NCBI RefSeq assembly: GCF_947488985.1
Contig: NZ_CANLBV010000008.1
Span: forward strand, 13,505-77,504
Direction: 5' to 3'
Length of the DNA stretch: 64,000 nucleotides
DNA from: an uncultured Vibrio sp.
Lineage (GTDB): Bacteria > Pseudomonadota > Gammaproteobacteria > Enterobacterales > Vibrionaceae
Below the pieces are notes generated by a model. The model saw only the letters and a list, made by a program, of their open reading frames with translations. It was not told where the DNA came from and did not search any database. This document shows, piece by piece, positions 60,995 through 64,000 of this stretch. Position 1 is the first letter of the stretch, and each line of letters starts with the position of its first letter. The translations under genes and the position numbers were made by a program.

Positions 60995-62260
60995 TTAAAC
61001 GAACAGACCAAACACACCGAAGATAAGTACCGATACAATCGCGATGACTAAGCCGACAGCAGATTCGTAAGGAATAAGTTTGAGGCGTTCATGGATATCC
61101 ATGTGCACTGCACCACCCGTTGCGTGGAAAAAGCTACCGTGCGGCATGTGATCAAGTACTGTAGCGCCAGAGTGAATCATGGCTGCGCCCGCAAGAGCTG
61201 GAACGCCGAGGTCTAGGATCGTGCCAGCAAATACGCTGGAAGCAACCACTGTACCTGCCGTTGTTGATGCGGTAGACAGCGCCATCAATGCTCCTGATAT
61301 AGGTGCCAGTAAGAAAGATGGTAAGCCAGAAGTGGTTAGCAAACCGATTAAGTCGGCTTTTAGACCTGAGTTAGCGACAATGCCTGCGATGGTACCAGTA
61401 CCCAATAACATGACGGCAACGGGAGCCATGCGAGATAGTCCTGCGACCGCATAGTTATTGCTCTGTTTAAAACGTCCCATAGCGACGGCACCTAACAGGC
61501 CACCCAGTGGTAGGGCTATTAACGGGTCTACCGCAATTCCAGCTATTGGACGAAGTGCTAGTAGAGAGATAGCTACGAGTGGAGCGACAATCGCAGTCGC
61601 AAATTTTGGCAGTGTAGAATGATCTACGGCTACAACTTCGCTTTCGTGAACTTTGGATCCCTTGTTGACTAAGCGTTTCGCCAAGAAGTAAGCAAACGCC
61701 ACACCGAAAAGGCCTGGAATGATACCAGCGGCCATGACTGAAGTGAGCGGGACGTCAAACGAGTCTGCTGCTGCAATCGCATTAGGGTTTGGCGACATCA
61801 CGTTACCCGCCTTACCACCACCTACCATAGCGAGAAGAATCGCTGTTTTTGATAGATCAACACGACGTGCTATAGCTAGTGCAATCGGCGATACAGTAAT
61901 AACAGCTACATCAACAAAGACACCTACTGCTGTTAAGATCATCGTTGCGATAGCCAGTGCTAGTAAGGCGCGGGTTTCGCCGACTTTTTTGACAATGGTT
62001 TCAGCAATGGACGTTGCTGCTCCAGATTCGATCAGCACGCCAGCTAAGACACCTGCTGCAAGAATACGCATAACAGAGGTGACGATACCTTCAGCACCAC
62101 CGATCATCAAGTTGACGGTTTCGGTCAATGAAACACCACCTACGACACCACCGACAAGAGCACCGATGATCATGCCGTAAGCTGGTGGCACTTTTTTCAA
62201 TATGAGTGTGATGGCAACGACGAGTGCGGCCAATGCACCTAAAGTAGAAACTTCAATCAT
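60995..62260 (-). CDS. GntP-family H+/sugar-acid permease (probable glycerate importer)
   Basis: Multi-TM, VFVDVAVITV, GGGKAGNVMSPNPN, HMPHGSFFH; adjacent to glycerate kinase. Confidence 0.82.
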   Translation of the reverse strand: MIEVSTLGALAALVVAITLILKKVPPAYGMIIGALVGGVVGGVSLTETVNLMIGGAEGIVTSVMRILAAGVLAGVLIESGAATSIAETIVKKVGETRALLALAIATMILTAVGVFVDVAVITVSPIALAIARRVDLSKTAILLAMVGGGKAGNVMSPNPNAIAAADSFDVPLTSVMAAGIIPGLFGVAFAYFLAKRLVNKGSKVHESEVVAVDHSTLPKFATAIVAPLVAISLLALRPIAGIAVDPLIALPLGGLLGAVAMGRFKQSNNYAVAGLSRMAPVAVMLLGTGTIAGIVANSGLKADLIGLLTTSGLPSFLLAPISGALMALSTASTTAGTVVASSVFAGTILDLGVPALAGAAMIHSGATVLDHMPHGSFFHATGGAVHMDIHERLKLIPYESAVGLVIAIVSVLIFGVFGLFV

Positions 62261-62364
62261 GTTTAATCATCCGACTTATTGATTAGCTGCGGATAATGTA
62301 TCCAGTTATGGTTAACTAGTCTTTGGATGTTTGAACAGATTTTTGGTTATTTAATGGCGTTTTT

Positions 62365-62382
62365 ATTGTGCAATTGAACAAT
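62365..62382. promoter_or_regulatory. Putative CdaR operator upstream of the permease
   Basis: Near-perfect palindrome ATTGTGCAATTGAACAAT; weaker related site TTTGGATGTTTGAACA near 62322-62337. Confidence 0.55.
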
Positions 62383-62385
62383 AAT

Positions 62386-63537
62386 TTAATTTCCTTGATC
62401 ATAGGTTGAACCTAAATAGAGCTGTATTATTGAATCTAAGTTATTGATATTTAATGATGTTATGTGGGATATTTTGTCTAGTCGATAGCGTAGAGTATTT
62501 CGGTGAATATGGAGTGATTCGCAAGTTTGGTGCATGTCACAATTTTGATCAAAATAGGTCTTAAGGGTTTTGGTTAACGTGCCTCTAGAGTCGTGACTTA
62601 GCAGTAATTGGTAGGGGTGACAAAGTTGTTCTAATTGCCAAGGTTCATTTTTGACTGCAGACAGTAGAACAGGTACTCGGTGATCTTGATAAAAAAACAC
62701 TTGACCTGAATGTTGCTTAACTAAATCCATGGTTCGCTTGGCGGTTTTGTATGATTGAGCTAATCCAACCAATGATGGAAAGTAGTCACCTAACGCGATA
62801 CGAATGGTAAATTGGCCTTGTTTTTTGATTCGGTTGAGTAACTTATTTACCCTTTTTATTTCAATCTCTTTTGACCACCCATCTTCGGTGAGGGTTATCG
62901 GTTTGAGCACCACCACCTCATGTTGTGATACTGAAATGATACCTACTAAATTGTCGCGTTCAGGGTACTCAAGCAGATGAACTAACTGTTGTAAGTGTTC
63001 GAGTTGCAGTGGTTGGTTCTTTTTAGGTTCGACTTTGACGACAGCGGCAATACGTGGCTGAGATAGATCAAGGTCAAGGCGTTCGGCAATGGCAATTAGT
63101 TGATTGTCGTTTAATGTGGATCCTTGGATTAACTGTAGCACCAACTCTTCACGATGGCGTTTATTCCATTCGACTTGTGACATTAGGGCAGATTGCTCAA
63201 TGATAAGCTCTGCGGTCATCTTGACCAGTTCACCATAATGGCGCACTTCATATGGTGTTCCCGAAATACCAATGACACCGATGACTTGACTACAGTGTAC
63301 AATTGGTAGATTGATACCTGGCTTCACACCTTTGAGCATATCGGCTGTTGCCAGATCGATCTCTACTGTCCGTTTTTCATTGATTGCAAGAATAGCCCCC
63401 TCATGTTTTTGTTGTAAACGTGAGAGATCTCCTGAACTAATAATGCAGCCTTTTTCATCCATCACATTGATAGAGTAAGAGATAATTTTCATTGTTCGCT
63501 CAACAATTTGACGAGCGATATTTTCATTTAATTGCAT
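62386..63537 (-). CDS. cdaR: Sugar diacid / glycerate-responsive activator CdaR (SdaR)
   Basis: IARQIVERTM, INVMDEKGCII, HEGA, PGINLPI, VIGISG; C-terminal HTH LHIHRNTLRYRL. Confidence 0.92.
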   Translation of the reverse strand: MQLNENIARQIVERTMKIISYSINVMDEKGCIISSGDLSRLQQKHEGAILAINEKRTVEIDLATADMLKGVKPGINLPIVHCSQVIGVIGISGTPYEVRHYGELVKMTAELIIEQSALMSQVEWNKRHREELVLQLIQGSTLNDNQLIAIAERLDLDLSQPRIAAVVKVEPKKNQPLQLEHLQQLVHLLEYPERDNLVGIISVSQHEVVVLKPITLTEDGWSKEIEIKRVNKLLNRIKKQGQFTIRIALGDYFPSLVGLAQSYKTAKRTMDLVKQHSGQVFFYQDHRVPVLLSAVKNEPWQLEQLCHPYQLLLSHDSRGTLTKTLKTYFDQNCDMHQTCESLHIHRNTLRYRLDKISHITSLNINNLDSIIQLYLGSTYDQGN

Positions 63538-63681
63538 AGAGTACCGAGTAAGCTTAATGGGTAGTGGTTTAGAAGCGTTGAATAATTGATAATAGCACTA
63601 ATTAATGTTGGCTCACTTGTATACAGATAACGCTTGTATACGAATTTCAACAAACGATAAGTCATGATGTAAGAGAATTAG

Positions 63682-64000
63682 ATGGACTATGAATTTAAGA
63701 AAAACACCTTAGATGGCAGTTACTACTGTTCTATTTCTATGGGCCATGAAATTGTTGGCCGCTGGCTTCAAGAAGAGATCGGTAAAGACAAGCAGAAATT
63801 AGATCATGTGATGACGCTGATTGAGCAATCAAGGCAGGATCTGAGCAATGAAGTGACGCTGTTAGGCAAAGAGATCAGCCTATCGATCAATGAAGATGAA
63901 GTCACGATTCAAGAAAACGTGTTAGCGCATGAGCAAGAGATGGAAGAAGGCAGTGAGTTCGATTTCTATAACTGTGAAAGCCAAGCAAGCTGTGGAATCG
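63682..64000 (+). CDS. yacL: YacL/UPF0231 family protein (runs past the window end)
   Basis: MDYEFKKNTLDGSYYCSISMGHEIVGRWLQEE...DFYNCES..SCG; normal neighbour of acnB. Confidence 0.85.
   Translation, partial: MDYEFKKNTLDGSYYCSISMGHEIVGRWLQEEIGKDKQKLDHVMTLIEQSRQDLSNEVTLLGKEISLSINEDEVTIQENVLAHEQEMEEGSEFDFYNCESQASCGI

Overview
This is a mostly core-genome segment of a Vibrio large chromosome. The Splendidus clade is my inference from the LuxS, LuxR and CsrA sequences and is not verified. Gene order: alaS (3' end), aspartate kinase, csrA, a tRNA operon (2x Ser-GCT, 8x Arg-ACG), oadGAB, a quinone oxidoreductase, yqaA, an M16 peptidase, gshA, an SLT-like lipoprotein, luxS, a CNNM/CorB protein, ypjD, ffh, rpsP-rimM-trmD-rplS, a repeat-rich intergenic stretch, yacG-zapD-coaE-pilDCBA (minus strand), nadC, ampD, pdhR-aceEF-lpdA, an ERIC element, the quorum-sensing master regulator (LuxR/HapR/OpaR family), hpt, can, sulP, an ABC-2 pair, panCB-folK-pcnB-gluQ-dksA-sfsA (minus strand), hrpB-mrcB, a PlpD-like patatin, acnB, an apparently accessory cdaR-permease-glycerate kinase cluster, and the start of yacL. 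I found no integrase, transposase, CRISPR array, prophage or defence system, and no new multi-gene protein system that I can support. The most unusual signals are non-coding. They are: (1) a composite of palindromic ATTCCC-N22-GGGAAT units plus a perfect (CGAATCT)11 tract between rplS and yacG; (2) an ERIC fused to the lpdA stop codon; (3) a 460-bp-period duplication and a perfect CRP-consensus palindrome inside the tRNA operon; (4) a duplicated acnB 3' end at the border of the glycerate cluster.
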